Of a DNA stretch of 64,000 bases, positions 19,066 through 28,429 are shown one piece after another. Origin of the DNA: Gemmatimonadota bacterium (GTDB taxonomy: Bacteria; Gemmatimonadota; Gemmatimonadetes; Gemmatimonadales; GWC2-71-9); contig JANXXJ010000131.1 in assembly GCA_025350665.1 (NCBI GenBank), forward strand, positions 7,262-71,261. Reading direction: 5' to 3'. The stretch's first letter is position 1; every line of letters starts with the position of its first letter. A model generated the notes under the pieces. The model saw only the letters and a list, made by a program, of their open reading frames with translations, did not search any database and was not told the DNA's origin. Both the position numbers and the translations under genes were made by a program.

Positions 19066-22065
19066 ATGTTGAGGATGCCAGGCACGCTGGCCACCGTTCT
19101 GTTCCTCGCCGCCATGGCGCCCTCGCAACGACTGTCGGCCCAACAGGTCGACCCCGCCTTGCTGGGCGGTCTCAAGTGGCGCGGCATCGGCCCGCCTCGA
19201 GGCGGCCGGACCAAGGCCGCCGTCGGCGTGCCCGGTCAGCCCAACGTCTTCTACATCGGCGTCGTGAACGGCGGCGTGTTCAAGACCACCGATTACGGCC
19301 GGACCTGGAACCCCATCTTCGACGATCAGCCGACCGGATCGATCGGCGCCATTGCCGTCGCGCCATCGAACCCGGACATCCTCTACGTCGGCAGCGGCGA
19401 AGGGCTCCAACGACCCGACCTCTCTACCGGGGACGGGATCTACCGCTCCGCCGACGCCGGGCGGACATGGCAGCACCTGGGCCTCCGCGACGGCCAGCAG
19501 ATTCCCCAGATCGCGGTCGATCCCCGTGACCCCGATCGTCTGTTCGTGGCAGTCGAGGGCCACCCCTACGGGCCCAACGAAGAGCGCGGTCTGTTCCTCT
19601 CGACTGATGGCGGCACCACCTTCAGGAAGGTGCTCTACAAGGACGAGAACACCGGCGCGATCGACGTCGTGCTCGATCCGACGAATCCCGACATCATCTA
19701 TGCTGCCCTCTGGGAAGCCCGGCAGGCCCCATGGGAAAACGGCGCCTTCGACGGCCCGGGCACCGGGCTCTACAAGTCGACCGATGGCGGCCTCTCCTGG
19801 CGCCAACTCACCAGCGGGCTCCCGAGCTGGGAAAGAGATGGTCTCGGCCGCATGGGGATCGCGGTTGCCCCAAGCGACCCGAGCCGGCTCTATCTCACCA
19901 CCGATCTCAAGACCGGCGGCTACCTCTACCGGTCCGACGACGCCGGCGAACACTGGTCCCGGGCGAGCGGCGACCCCCGCGTCGTCTCCCGCGCATCCGA
20001 CTTTGCCGAGGTGAAGGTCCATCCCAAAAACCCCGACATCATCTTCACGGCCAGCGTCGTCACCTGGAAATCGGCCGACGGCGGCAAGACCTTCACCGCG
20101 CTGCGCGGCGCCCCCGGCGGCGACGACTACCACCGGATCTGGATCAACCCCGACAACCCGGACGTCATCCTGATCGCCGCGGACCAGGGCGCCATCGTCA
20201 CCGTGAACGGCGGTGAGACCTGGAGCTCCTGGTACAACCAGTCCTCGGCTCAGTTCTATCACGTCGCAACCGACAACGCGTTCCCTTACCGAGTCTGCGG
20301 CGGCCAGCAGGAAAGCGGCTCGGCCTGCGTTGCGAGCCGTGGCAACGACGGACAGATCACCTTCCGCGAATGGCACCCGGTGGGCGTCGAGGAGTACGGA
20401 TACGTCGCGCCCGATCCCCTCGATCCCGATCTGGTCTACGGCGGCAAGGTCACCCGGTACGACCGCCGCACCGGCCAGATCCAGGAGGTCGGGCCCCGTC
20501 TGTTCCGCGGGCCCGACTATCGCGCCCTCCGGACGGCGCCGGTACTGTTCTCGCCGATCAACCCCCACGCGCTGTACTTCGCCACCAACACCGTGTGGAC
20601 GACGTTGACTGGCGGCCAGAACTGGACCCGGATCAGTCCGGACCTGACCCGGACCGACTCGATCGTTCCGGCCAGCGTCGGGAAATACGCCTCAACCGCC
20701 TCCGCGGCAGCTCACCATCCCGGCGTCGTCTACACTGTGGCGCCGTCGTATCTCCGCGAAAATATCCTGTGGGCCGGGAGCGATGACGGCCTGATCCACG
20801 TCACCATGAACGGCGGCAGGACCTGGAAGAACGTGACGCCGCCGGAGCTCGAGCCGTGGGCCAAGGTGTCCCTGATCGACGCCTCCCACTTCGACACCCT
20901 CACGGCCTATGCCGCGATCAACCCCCTCCGGCTCGGCAAACTCGAGCCCCGGATCTACCGCACCCGTGACGGCGGCAAGAACTGGAGATCAATCGTGATC
21001 GGGTTGCCCGCCGGAGCCACGATCAACGCGGTTCGGGAAGATCCGAAACGGAAAGGGCTCCTCTTCGCCGGGTCCGAGCGGGCCGTCTCGGTGTCCTTTG
21101 ACGACGGCGACCACTGGCAGAGCCTCCGCCTCAACCTGCCGGCAACCTCGATTCGCGACCTCGTGATCAAGGACGACGACCTCGTCGCGGGAACCCACGG
21201 CCGCGGATTCTGGATTCTCGACAACATCACCCCGCTCCGGCAGATCACCCCGGCATCCGCCGCGGAACCGGTGGTGTTGATCGCGCCTCAAACCGCCACG
21301 CGCGTGCGCTGGAACATGAATCCGGACACCCCGGCCCAGCCGGACGAACCAGGCGCCCCGAACCCGCCCGACGGCGCCATCATCGACTACTGGCTCAAGG
21401 CGCCGGCATCCGGCATCGTCACGCTCGAGATCTTCGACGCTCACGGCGGACTGGTGCGAAAGTATGCCAGTGACGATCACGCCGATCCCGTCGACGACGA
21501 AGGCCAGGTCCCCCGCTACTGGCCTCGGCCCGCCCGGATTCTTTCGGCAGCCGCCGGCGCGCATCGATTCCTGTGGGACCTGAAATATCCGGTGCCCGCC
21601 GGGTTCACCCGGTCCTACCCGATCGCCGCCGTGGCGGGCCAGACGGAGAAGGAGCCTAACGGCGTGTGGGTCATGCCCGGCCGCTACCAGGCCCGGCTCA
21701 CCGTCGAGGGCCGTCGGTATCAGCGGTGGTTCGCGGTGCGGATGGATCCCAGGGTGAAGACCCCGGCAACCGCCCTGGCGAGGCAGTTCGCGCTCTCACG
21801 CGAAGTCGATCGCGCCGCCGGCCGGGTCGTAGCCGCCCGGGAAACCGTCGCGAAGGCGAGAGGCCCGTCGGCCAGTCCAGCCCTCGACGAACTCGACAAG
21901 GCATTCGGCGGTCTGCTGGGCGAACTCCAGCAGATCTACGGCGTGCTCCAGGCCGCCGACGGGGTTCCGACTCCGCAGGCGGCCGCCGCCCTGCGCGAAC
22001 GAATCGGCACGCTGGCCACGTTGGAACGACGAGTGGCCGCCGTCCGGCCGGGAGCATCACGCTGA
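19066..22065 (+). CDS. secreted BNR/Asp-box repeat protein, sortilin/VPS10-like glycosyl-hydrolase fold
   Basis: 999 aa with a signal peptide (..AMAPSQRLSAQQ). It has many Asp-box S/T-x-D-x-G-x-T/S-W/F repeats (STDGGTTF, STDGGLSW, SDDAGEHW, SADGGKTF, MNGGRTW, TRDGGKNW, FDDGDHW). Confidence 0.8.
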   Translation: MLRMPGTLATVLFLAAMAPSQRLSAQQVDPALLGGLKWRGIGPPRGGRTKAAVGVPGQPNVFYIGVVNGGVFKTTDYGRTWNPIFDDQPTGSIGAIAVAPSNPDILYVGSGEGLQRPDLSTGDGIYRSADAGRTWQHLGLRDGQQIPQIAVDPRDPDRLFVAVEGHPYGPNEERGLFLSTDGGTTFRKVLYKDENTGAIDVVLDPTNPDIIYAALWEARQAPWENGAFDGPGTGLYKSTDGGLSWRQLTSGLPSWERDGLGRMGIAVAPSDPSRLYLTTDLKTGGYLYRSDDAGEHWSRASGDPRVVSRASDFAEVKVHPKNPDIIFTASVVTWKSADGGKTFTALRGAPGGDDYHRIWINPDNPDVILIAADQGAIVTVNGGETWSSWYNQSSAQFYHVATDNAFPYRVCGGQQESGSACVASRGNDGQITFREWHPVGVEEYGYVAPDPLDPDLVYGGKVTRYDRRTGQIQEVGPRLFRGPDYRALRTAPVLFSPINPHALYFATNTVWTTLTGGQNWTRISPDLTRTDSIVPASVGKYASTASAAAHHPGVVYTVAPSYLRENILWAGSDDGLIHVTMNGGRTWKNVTPPELEPWAKVSLIDASHFDTLTAYAAINPLRLGKLEPRIYRTRDGGKNWRSIVIGLPAGATINAVREDPKRKGLLFAGSERAVSVSFDDGDHWQSLRLNLPATSIRDLVIKDDDLVAGTHGRGFWILDNITPLRQITPASAAEPVVLIAPQTATRVRWNMNPDTPAQPDEPGAPNPPDGAIIDYWLKAPASGIVTLEIFDAHGGLVRKYASDDHADPVDDEGQVPRYWPRPARILSAAAGAHRFLWDLKYPVPAGFTRSYPIAAVAGQTEKEPNGVWVMPGRYQARLTVEGRRYQRWFAVRMDPRVKTPATALARQFALSREVDRAAGRVVAARETVAKARGPSASPALDELDKAFGGLLGELQQIYGVLQAADGVPTPQAAAALRERIGTLATLERRVAAVRPGASR

Positions 22066-22091
22066 GCCCCCGCGCCACGTTCTGGCGGGTC

Positions 22092-22895
22092 ATGGCGCTG
22101 ACGTTCTTCTGCGCCGTGGTCGGGTTCGGAGCGATCATCGGATCCCGCCGCCCCACCAACGAACGGGTGTGGGCGATCGATCACGCCCGCCTGGCCGAGA
22201 TCGTTGCATCCGATTCTCTGGTCCGGATCGCCAACTTCCGCGACTTCCGCTATCGGAGCGAAACCGACTTCGATCCCCGCTACGAAACCCGCACGATCAA
22301 CCTGAACCAGGTTACCTCCGCCTGGCTCGTGCTGACCCCGTTCTCGCGGGCGTTCCGCGGCGCCGCCCACAGCTTCGTGAGTTTCGGCTTCGCCGACTCG
22401 TCCTACCTCGCGATTTCGATCGAGGCCCGCCGCGAAAAGGAAGAACACTACGGATTGCTCCCGGGACTCGGGCGAAACTTCGAACTGATCTATGTCCTCG
22501 GTGAAGAACGTGACCTGATCGGCCAGCGGGCGGCCTTCGGCGACCATGACGTCTACCTCTACCCGATCCGGACGACACCCGCCCGCGCCCGGGCCGTACT
22601 CGCCGACATGCTGAACCGCGCCATCAGTCTGGCCCGCCGGCCCGAGTTCTACAACACCCTCACCAACAACTGCACCTCGAATCTGGTTCGGCATGTCAAT
22701 CGGGTGGTGCCGAGCCGGATTCCGATGGGCCTCAAACTCCTGCTGCCCGGGTATGCCGACGAGGTCGCCCGGAGCCTGGGGCTGATCGACTCCACGATGT
22801 CGATCGAGCAGGCCCGCGCCCGTTACCGCATCAATGACCTGGCCCGGCGTTACCTTGACAGTGCCGATTTTTCGGCCCGCATCCGAACTCACTGA
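22092..22895 (+). CDS. DUF4105 (Lnb-like) domain protein
   Basis: Trimmed to ATG 22092, the first start after the upstream stop at 22063-22065. Has an N-terminal TM helix, then ...HSFVSFGF.D.SYLAISIEARREK...YNTLTNNCTSNLVRHVN, typical of DUF4105. Confidence 0.65.
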   Translation: MALTFFCAVVGFGAIIGSRRPTNERVWAIDHARLAEIVASDSLVRIANFRDFRYRSETDFDPRYETRTINLNQVTSAWLVLTPFSRAFRGAAHSFVSFGFADSSYLAISIEARREKEEHYGLLPGLGRNFELIYVLGEERDLIGQRAAFGDHDVYLYPIRTTPARARAVLADMLNRAISLARRPEFYNTLTNNCTSNLVRHVNRVVPSRIPMGLKLLLPGYADEVARSLGLIDSTMSIEQARARYRINDLARRYLDSADFSARIRTH

Positions 22896-22903
22896 GGCTT
22901 CTC

Positions 22904-23722
22904 ATGACCCGACGCGCCCTGGCCCTGACGGCCACCGCCATCCTGGCGATCACCGCGATCGCCGCCGCTCACGACATGTTCCTCAAGCCGGCCCAGTTTT
23001 TCGTGGCCCCAGGCTCGTCGCTGCCGGCCATCCTGCTGAACGGGACCTTCGACAAGAGCTCCAACTCGATCAACCGGACCCGGATCGCGGACTTGAGCAT
23101 GGTCGGTCCCGCCGGACGGACCCGGATCGACACGACCGCCTGGGGAACGGCCGGCGACACCAGCCGGATCGTCTACAAGACGGGGGCCGCCGGGACCTAC
23201 CTGTTCGCCGTCTCCACCCGGCCCAGCGAAATCGAGCTCGACGCCAAGGACTTCAACGGGTACCTGAAGGACGATGGCCTCCCCGACGAGCTCGCCCGGC
23301 GCACCAAGGCCGGCGAGCTCGGCCAGGACGCCAAGGAGCGGTATTCCAAGCACGTGAAGGCCATCGTGCAGGTCGGCGACCGACGAACCAACGACTTCGC
23401 CATGGTACTGGGCTACCCGGCCGAGATCGTGCCTGTCGACAACCCGTACGCCGTGCAGATCGGCGGTACGCTCGGCGTGAAGATGCTCGTTGATGGCAAG
23501 CAGGCGCCCGGCGTCAACGTGCTGTTCGGCTCGCGGTCCCCCTCCGGCAAGGCAACCGCCGAGCGGCACACCCGGGCGGGTGCCGACGGCGTCGCGCGTA
23601 TCCCGATCGATGGGCCCGGTGTCTGGTACGTGAAGTTCATCAGCATGACCCGTCTCGGAAAGACGACCGACGGCGTCACCCATGAATCGAAATGGGCGAC
23701 GCTGACCTTTGCCGTGAGGTGA
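22904..23722 (+). CDS. DUF4198 domain periplasmic protein (often linked to Ni/Co uptake)
   Basis: 272 aa. A signal peptide ends ..AIAAAHDMFLKP (the mature N-terminal H-D pattern of DUF4198). The rest is beta-rich. Confidence 0.7.
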   Translation: MTRRALALTATAILAITAIAAAHDMFLKPAQFFVAPGSSLPAILLNGTFDKSSNSINRTRIADLSMVGPAGRTRIDTTAWGTAGDTSRIVYKTGAAGTYLFAVSTRPSEIELDAKDFNGYLKDDGLPDELARRTKAGELGQDAKERYSKHVKAIVQVGDRRTNDFAMVLGYPAEIVPVDNPYAVQIGGTLGVKMLVDGKQAPGVNVLFGSRSPSGKATAERHTRAGADGVARIPIDGPGVWYVKFISMTRLGKTTDGVTHESKWATLTFAVR

Positions 23723-23810
23723 CACTGCCGTGAGGTGACGCCGTAGCTGTCGCGTGTTGGGCCGTAGGGCGCTATCGTACGGGGAAGATCCCGCCCCATG
23801 GAGTCATCGA

Positions 23811-25727
23811 ATGCATTCGACCCGCCTGCTGGCTCTGGCCCTGATATCCGCCACTCCGTGGCCGGCCGCATCGGCCCAGCCCGCCGCCACGGCCGACCAG
23901 ATCGTGTCGGTGAGTTCGCTGGTCGCAGGCGAAGGGCCGAGCTGGAGTCCCGACGGCCGCCGAGTCCTCTACGCCTCGCCGCTGGGTGGCGGGACACTCT
24001 GGGGCGTCCCGGCCGAAGGCGGAGCTCCGGTCCGTCTCACCCGCGAGATCGCCACCCAGTTGGTCCGTATGGCGCCCGCCGGCGACCGGATCGCCTATCT
24101 GAGCGACAAGAGCGGCAATCCCGAGATCTGGCTCGCCGACCTCGGCGCCGGCAACGAACGCCGCCTCACCAACCTTGGCGCCCGCATCAACGCGATGAGC
24201 TTTGCGCCGGACGGCCGGACCCTCGCGTTCTCGGCACTTCGCGAGGGACAGTTCGACATCTGGACCGTCGACGTCGCCACGGGCCGCGTCGCGCGTCTTA
24301 CCGCCGACCCCCGGTACGAAACCAACCCGAGCTGGAGTCCTGACGGCGGCTCCCTCTTCTTCATCCGGTCCGACGACCGTTGGGCCGACCACGAGTTCGT
24401 TCGCATCCCCCGGAACGGCGGCCCGGCCGTCGTGGTCGCCTCGGACCGGGACCTGTTCGACTACGGCACCATGGGGTCCCGATCGCGCTTCGGCTATCCG
24501 CTGATTTCGCCGGATGGGAAGTGGCTCGTGTTCAAGTCCCATCGGAGTGGCTGGGTGAACTACTGGCTCACGCCGACCTCGGGCGGAGCCCCCAGGGCGC
24601 TCGCCGCCGAACCCGCCGACCAGGGCGACGCCCGGTGGGCTCCGGACAGCCGGTCGGTGGTCTTCGCCTCATTGCACAACGGCACCCAGGACCTGCGCAT
24701 CGCGTCGCTTGAAGGCGGCAAGGTCCGGACGCTCACCACCGGCGCCACGGGCGTGGCGTCCACACCGGAATGGTCGCCGGACGGAACCCGGATCGCCTAC
24801 GCCTACGCGACCCTGACCGCACCCGCGGATCTCTGGGTGGTTGCGGCCGGGGGTGGAACCCCGGTCCGGCTGACCACGTCGGTGACCCCCGAGGTGGAAT
24901 CCGCGATGGTGGCGCCCGAGAAGATAAGCTATGCCAGCGGCCAGTTCACCATCAACGCCTATCTCTACCGCCCTGCGGGTCTCAGTCCCGGTGATCGAGC
25001 CCCCGGCATCCTCTACATCCACGGCGGGCCCACCGGACAGTTCAGCGACCAATTCATCCCCCAGGCCCAGTTCCTGGCCCGGATGGGCTACGTCGTTCTC
25101 GCCCCCAACATCCGGGGCAGCTCCGGCTACGGAAAAGGGTTCGAAGACGCCAATAATTCCTGCTGGACGATCTGCGACCTCCCGGACGTACTCGCGGGCG
25201 TGGCATATCTCAAGCACCAGGCGGCGGTCGACACCGCCAAGATCGGGATCACCGGTAACAGCTACGGCGGGATCATGACCATGGGAGCGATCGCCCGGGC
25301 CCCCGGCGTTTTCCAGGCAGCCGTCCCGCAGTCGGGCTACGCCGACTGGATCAGTTTCCAGAACTACAACACCGAACTCCAGCACGCCAAGCTCAACGCC
25401 TACGAATGGGGCCCCTATCCCGACAGCGCCGCGGTGTACCGGCGCAATTCGCCGCTCAGCCTTGCCAGCCAGGTCACGACGCCAACCTTCGTGGTCCAGG
25501 GCGAGGGCATCACGCCGGCCTGGCGGCCCGGCGTCTACCCGATCCCGGCCTCCCTGGAGTTCGTCCACGCCCTGGACCGGTACAACAAGGTGGTGAAGTA
25601 CAAGGTGTACCCCGGCGAGACGTACTATGTCACCTCACGGGACGGGTCCCGCCAGGTGCTGCTGGACATGCTGGAGTGGTTCGACCGGTACCTCAGGGAC
25701 GGCATCGCCCCGCCGCCGGGGAGTTAG
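23811..25727 (+). CDS. S9 family serine peptidase with N-terminal TolB-like beta-propeller
   Basis: ATG 23811 gives a signal peptide (MHSTRLLALALISATPWPAASAQ). Repeated ..SPDG...F/Y.. propeller blades are present, with catalytic GITGNSYGGIMT and a C-terminal hydrolase domain. Confidence 0.85.
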   Translation: MHSTRLLALALISATPWPAASAQPAATADQIVSVSSLVAGEGPSWSPDGRRVLYASPLGGGTLWGVPAEGGAPVRLTREIATQLVRMAPAGDRIAYLSDKSGNPEIWLADLGAGNERRLTNLGARINAMSFAPDGRTLAFSALREGQFDIWTVDVATGRVARLTADPRYETNPSWSPDGGSLFFIRSDDRWADHEFVRIPRNGGPAVVVASDRDLFDYGTMGSRSRFGYPLISPDGKWLVFKSHRSGWVNYWLTPTSGGAPRALAAEPADQGDARWAPDSRSVVFASLHNGTQDLRIASLEGGKVRTLTTGATGVASTPEWSPDGTRIAYAYATLTAPADLWVVAAGGGTPVRLTTSVTPEVESAMVAPEKISYASGQFTINAYLYRPAGLSPGDRAPGILYIHGGPTGQFSDQFIPQAQFLARMGYVVLAPNIRGSSGYGKGFEDANNSCWTICDLPDVLAGVAYLKHQAAVDTAKIGITGNSYGGIMTMGAIARAPGVFQAAVPQSGYADWISFQNYNTELQHAKLNAYEWGPYPDSAAVYRRNSPLSLASQVTTPTFVVQGEGITPAWRPGVYPIPASLEFVHALDRYNKVVKYKVYPGETYYVTSRDGSRQVLLDMLEWFDRYLRDGIAPPPGS

Positions 25728-25874
25728 GCGGCGGACCTCGCCCCTTGCGATTTTCGAGCGTTAGGATATGCAAAAAGAAGGGCCGGAAAATCCCCCCCTT
25801 CCGCATTGTGAAAAACGGGCGCATAATAGGGCCGGAACGTCAACCAACTCACCTAACCGTAGCGGAACTTCCAC

Positions 25875-26153
25875 ATGGCTACCCGTCGACCTTCGACCCG
25901 GTCTCGGACCACGAAGACTCGAACTCGTTCGACCTCGAAGATTCCGGGCATCTCCCGCATCGACCAGGCCAGCACCCGGACCTTCGGGTGGTTCTGTCGC
26001 TTCGGATACCGGCCCACCCCGAGCGGCACGCGGCCCAAGTTCACCGCGTTCTTCGGTGACGCCAGCAATGGCGGCAAGAAGAAGGCGTTCGACAAGGCGC
26101 TGCTGTGGCTCAAGGCGGTGCAGCGGACCGGCAAGCCGCCCAAGAAGAAGTAG
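25875..26153 (+). CDS. small basic protein (92 aa), possible AP2/integrase-type DNA-binding fold
   Basis: Third-codon positions are strongly G/C from codon ~23 onward in this frame. The motif GISRIDQASTRTFGWFCRFGYRP....KFTAFFGDASNGGKKKAFDKALLWLK resembles bacterial AP2-like proteins. It has a basic S/T/R N-tail and a K-rich C-tail, and a hairpin terminator follows. Confidence 0.45.
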   Translation: MATRRPSTRSRTTKTRTRSTSKIPGISRIDQASTRTFGWFCRFGYRPTPSGTRPKFTAFFGDASNGGKKKAFDKALLWLKAVQRTGKPPKKK

Positions 26154-26176
26154 GGACCGGCTCCGTAGTGCGCTCG

Positions 26177-26219
26177 CCGGCCGTGGCCTCCCTCGAGGCC
26201 GCGGCCGGTTTACGTTTCC
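26177..26219 (+). terminator. candidate rho-independent terminator
   Basis: CCGGCCGTGGCCTC-cctc-GAGGCCGCGGCCGG forms a 14-bp stem with one G.U pair and a 4-nt loop. It is followed by TTTACGTTTCC, 24 nt after the stop at 26153. Confidence 0.5.
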
Positions 26220-26246
26220 GGAAACCTCCTGGGTGGAATCACCGGT

Positions 26247-27602
26247 ATGGTCAGGAAATCCCTCATTGTCGTCGTCCTGGGCCTCGTTGTAGCCCTCGGC
26301 ACCGCCGGACTCTACGCCCGGTCCAGAGGCACCATCCTCCCCGGCCTCGGCGGCAAACCGGTCGAAGCGGTGGTCGAGCAGGCCGTCGCCAGCGGCGATT
26401 CCATCGCGGTCGCGACCCTCGCCGTCGCCCGCTGCAGATTCCTGCGTGGAAAGACCAAGCAATCCTGCTACGAAGAGATTCTCCTCGGCATGGTCGAGAA
26501 ATCGGCCGTCCGGTTGGCGATGGACGGCCTCTCGGTCCTGTCCCGTATGGACCCCGGCACCGTCCGGAACGGCCACGACCTGGCCCATGTGGTCGGGATC
26601 AACGCCTGGTCCCCCGAAAAAAACGTCTCCGCGGTCTACGAAACCTGCACCACCCTGTACCAATCCGGCTGCTACCACGGCGTGGTCCAGGCCTACCTCG
26701 ACGCCAAGGGCACCGACAGCGCGACCGTGTACGACCTCTGCCACCAGATCACCGTCACCCGGGCCGACATGTGGCTCCGGTTCCAGTGTGTGCACGGGAT
26801 CGGCCATGGTCTGGTGAATGCCCTGAACCACCATCTCCCGAAAGCACTCATGGGCTGCGATCAGCTGGTGGACAGCTGGGATGCCCAGTCCTGCTACGGC
26901 GGCGCCTTCATGGAGTTCATCGTGGAAGGCCGGGGCCAGGCCCATCACCCCCACAAACACCAGGCCGCGGCACCCGCGCAGGTAGCCGCCGCCACCGAGG
27001 AACACGACCACGGAGACCACGCCGCGAGCGAGCATGATCACGGAGCCATAGCCGACAGTTTTGCCATTCGCGACAAGACCGACCCGCTCTACCCCTGCAC
27101 GGCGATCGACACCAGGTACCAGTTCGCCTGTTATGGCATGCAGGCCGGCATCATCATTGAATTGACCGGCCCCGATTTCGGCAAGATTGCCCGGGCCTGC
27201 GATGACGCGCCGGACTCGATGAAGGCGTCCTGCTATCAGGGCATCGGAACCTACGTGAGCGGCTACACCGTCCGGAGCCCGGAGAAATCGATCGAACTCT
27301 GCGCCAAGGGAAACGGCAAGCTCCAGGCGTGGTGTTACATCGGGGTCGTGAAGAACTTCATCGACGTGACATCCAATCCTGAAGACGGATTCGCCTTCTG
27401 CCGCCGCCTCAGTGACCGGAACTATTCGGTGGCCTGCTACAATGCCGTCGGCGAAGAGATGGGCGTGCTCTACCGCAACCCGCCGGATCGCGCCCAGCAG
27501 TGCGCCAGGCTCCCGACCGACGAGGCCGCCGTCTGCCGCTACGGCGCCGGACTCGGCGGCACCCGGCCGAAAGAGCTGAGCTTCCTGTTCCCCGCCGCCT
27601 GA
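26247..27602 (+). CDS. secreted/anchored Cys-pair repeat protein with central His-rich segment (function unknown)
   Basis: 451 aa. Has an N-terminal hydrophobic anchor (LIVVVLGLVVALGTAGL), 18 Cys arranged as nine C-x(7-15)-C-[YVR] pairs, and a central HHPHKH...HDHGDH...HDHG stretch. Confidence 0.7.
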   Translation: MVRKSLIVVVLGLVVALGTAGLYARSRGTILPGLGGKPVEAVVEQAVASGDSIAVATLAVARCRFLRGKTKQSCYEEILLGMVEKSAVRLAMDGLSVLSRMDPGTVRNGHDLAHVVGINAWSPEKNVSAVYETCTTLYQSGCYHGVVQAYLDAKGTDSATVYDLCHQITVTRADMWLRFQCVHGIGHGLVNALNHHLPKALMGCDQLVDSWDAQSCYGGAFMEFIVEGRGQAHHPHKHQAAAPAQVAAATEEHDHGDHAASEHDHGAIADSFAIRDKTDPLYPCTAIDTRYQFACYGMQAGIIIELTGPDFGKIARACDDAPDSMKASCYQGIGTYVSGYTVRSPEKSIELCAKGNGKLQAWCYIGVVKNFIDVTSNPEDGFAFCRRLSDRNYSVACYNAVGEEMGVLYRNPPDRAQQCARLPTDEAAVCRYGAGLGGTRPKELSFLFPAA

Positions 27603-27613
27603 GGCGGCCTGGA

Positions 27614-28429
27614 TCAGCCGGACAGCCGCCGGAGGAATCGCGCGCGATCGGCCAGGAAATCGCGGGTCAGGCGGACATGGTTGAGATCGTCGTACTCGGC
27701 CCGCTCGATCCGTCCACCGTCAAACGAATAGATCAGCGCCCCCGGGTATCCCAGGATGATCGGGGAGTGCGTCGCAATCAGGAATTGACACTCCCGGGAC
27801 GTCATGTCCAGCAACATCGCCAGCAGACCGAGCTGGCTCTGCGGCGAGAGGGCGGCTTCGGGTTCGTCCAGGAGCACCAGGCTCCCGGGAGTGAACCGGG
27901 ACCCGAACAGATTCAGGAACGCCTCGCCGTGTGACCGGGCATCGGGATCCCGGCCGTACCGCCGCTCCATGTCCTTGAGGGAACTCGTCATCGGCCCCTT
28001 GGCCAACCCGAGCGCCTGTTCGGACCGCCCCTGGTCGCGGTATTCCCGGTCGATGTCGGTCAGGCGCGCTTCCAGCTCCGCCCGTTCCCGAACCAGCCGC
28101 CGCTGCCACCCGAAGAAATCCTCGGCCCGGAGGAAGAACCCCCGGTGGGTCCGCCGCCGCCAGGTCAGACCCAGCCCGGCGGCCAGTCGCCGCTGCTGCT
28201 GAAATGACGGATCCCGAAATCCCTCGTCGGCTCCGACGAAGGGGAGTCCCGCCGCCAACGCGATCGCCTCGAGCAGGGTCGACTTGCCCGACCCGTTCTC
28301 GCCGACGAAGCAGGTGACCGACGGACCGACCTCGAGGTCGGTGAACGAGCGAATCACCGGAACGCTGAACGGGAAACCGTCGTCCGAATCAGCGGTATAT
28401 TTGGCCCGGACTCGTTCAAGATGCGACAT
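27614..28429 (-). CDS. AAA/ABC-type ATPase (SMC-like 'predicted ATPase' family)
   Basis: 271 aa. Has Walker A GENGSGKSTLLEAIA, a coiled middle, Walker B LVLLDEPEAALSP and a D-loop/H-motif ..LIATHSP. Confidence 0.8.
   Translation of the reverse strand: MSHLERVRAKYTADSDDGFPFSVPVIRSFTDLEVGPSVTCFVGENGSGKSTLLEAIALAAGLPFVGADEGFRDPSFQQQRRLAAGLGLTWRRRTHRGFFLRAEDFFGWQRRLVRERAELEARLTDIDREYRDQGRSEQALGLAKGPMTSSLKDMERRYGRDPDARSHGEAFLNLFGSRFTPGSLVLLDEPEAALSPQSQLGLLAMLLDMTSRECQFLIATHSPIILGYPGALIYSFDGGRIERAEYDDLNHVRLTRDFLADRARFLRRLSG

Noticed and set aside
19018-20568. 516-aa minus-strand ORF, together with the plus-strand out-of-frame ORFs at 19176-20786.
   Set aside because: They are antisense or out of frame relative to the Asp-box repeat protein, whose repeats give clear coding evidence. 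Their translations are low-complexity.
25761-27041. 426-aa minus-strand ORF, the 174-aa plus-strand ORF 25768..26292 and the 96-aa minus-strand ORF 25853..26143.
   Set aside because: They compete with the Cys-repeat gene and the small AP2-like ORF. Their translations are Arg/Pro/Gly-rich and lack the third-position G/C bias seen in the chosen frames.
27614-28429. The AAA/ABC-type ATPase as the core of an anti-phage defence system (Gabija-, Septu- or PARIS-like ATPases look similar).
   Set aside because: There is no adjacent nuclease, TOPRIM, HNH or other effector partner. The neighbours are a DinB protein and a dehalogenase. A stand-alone 271-aa ATPase of this type is common housekeeping-like content. 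I cannot exclude a defence role without profile searches.
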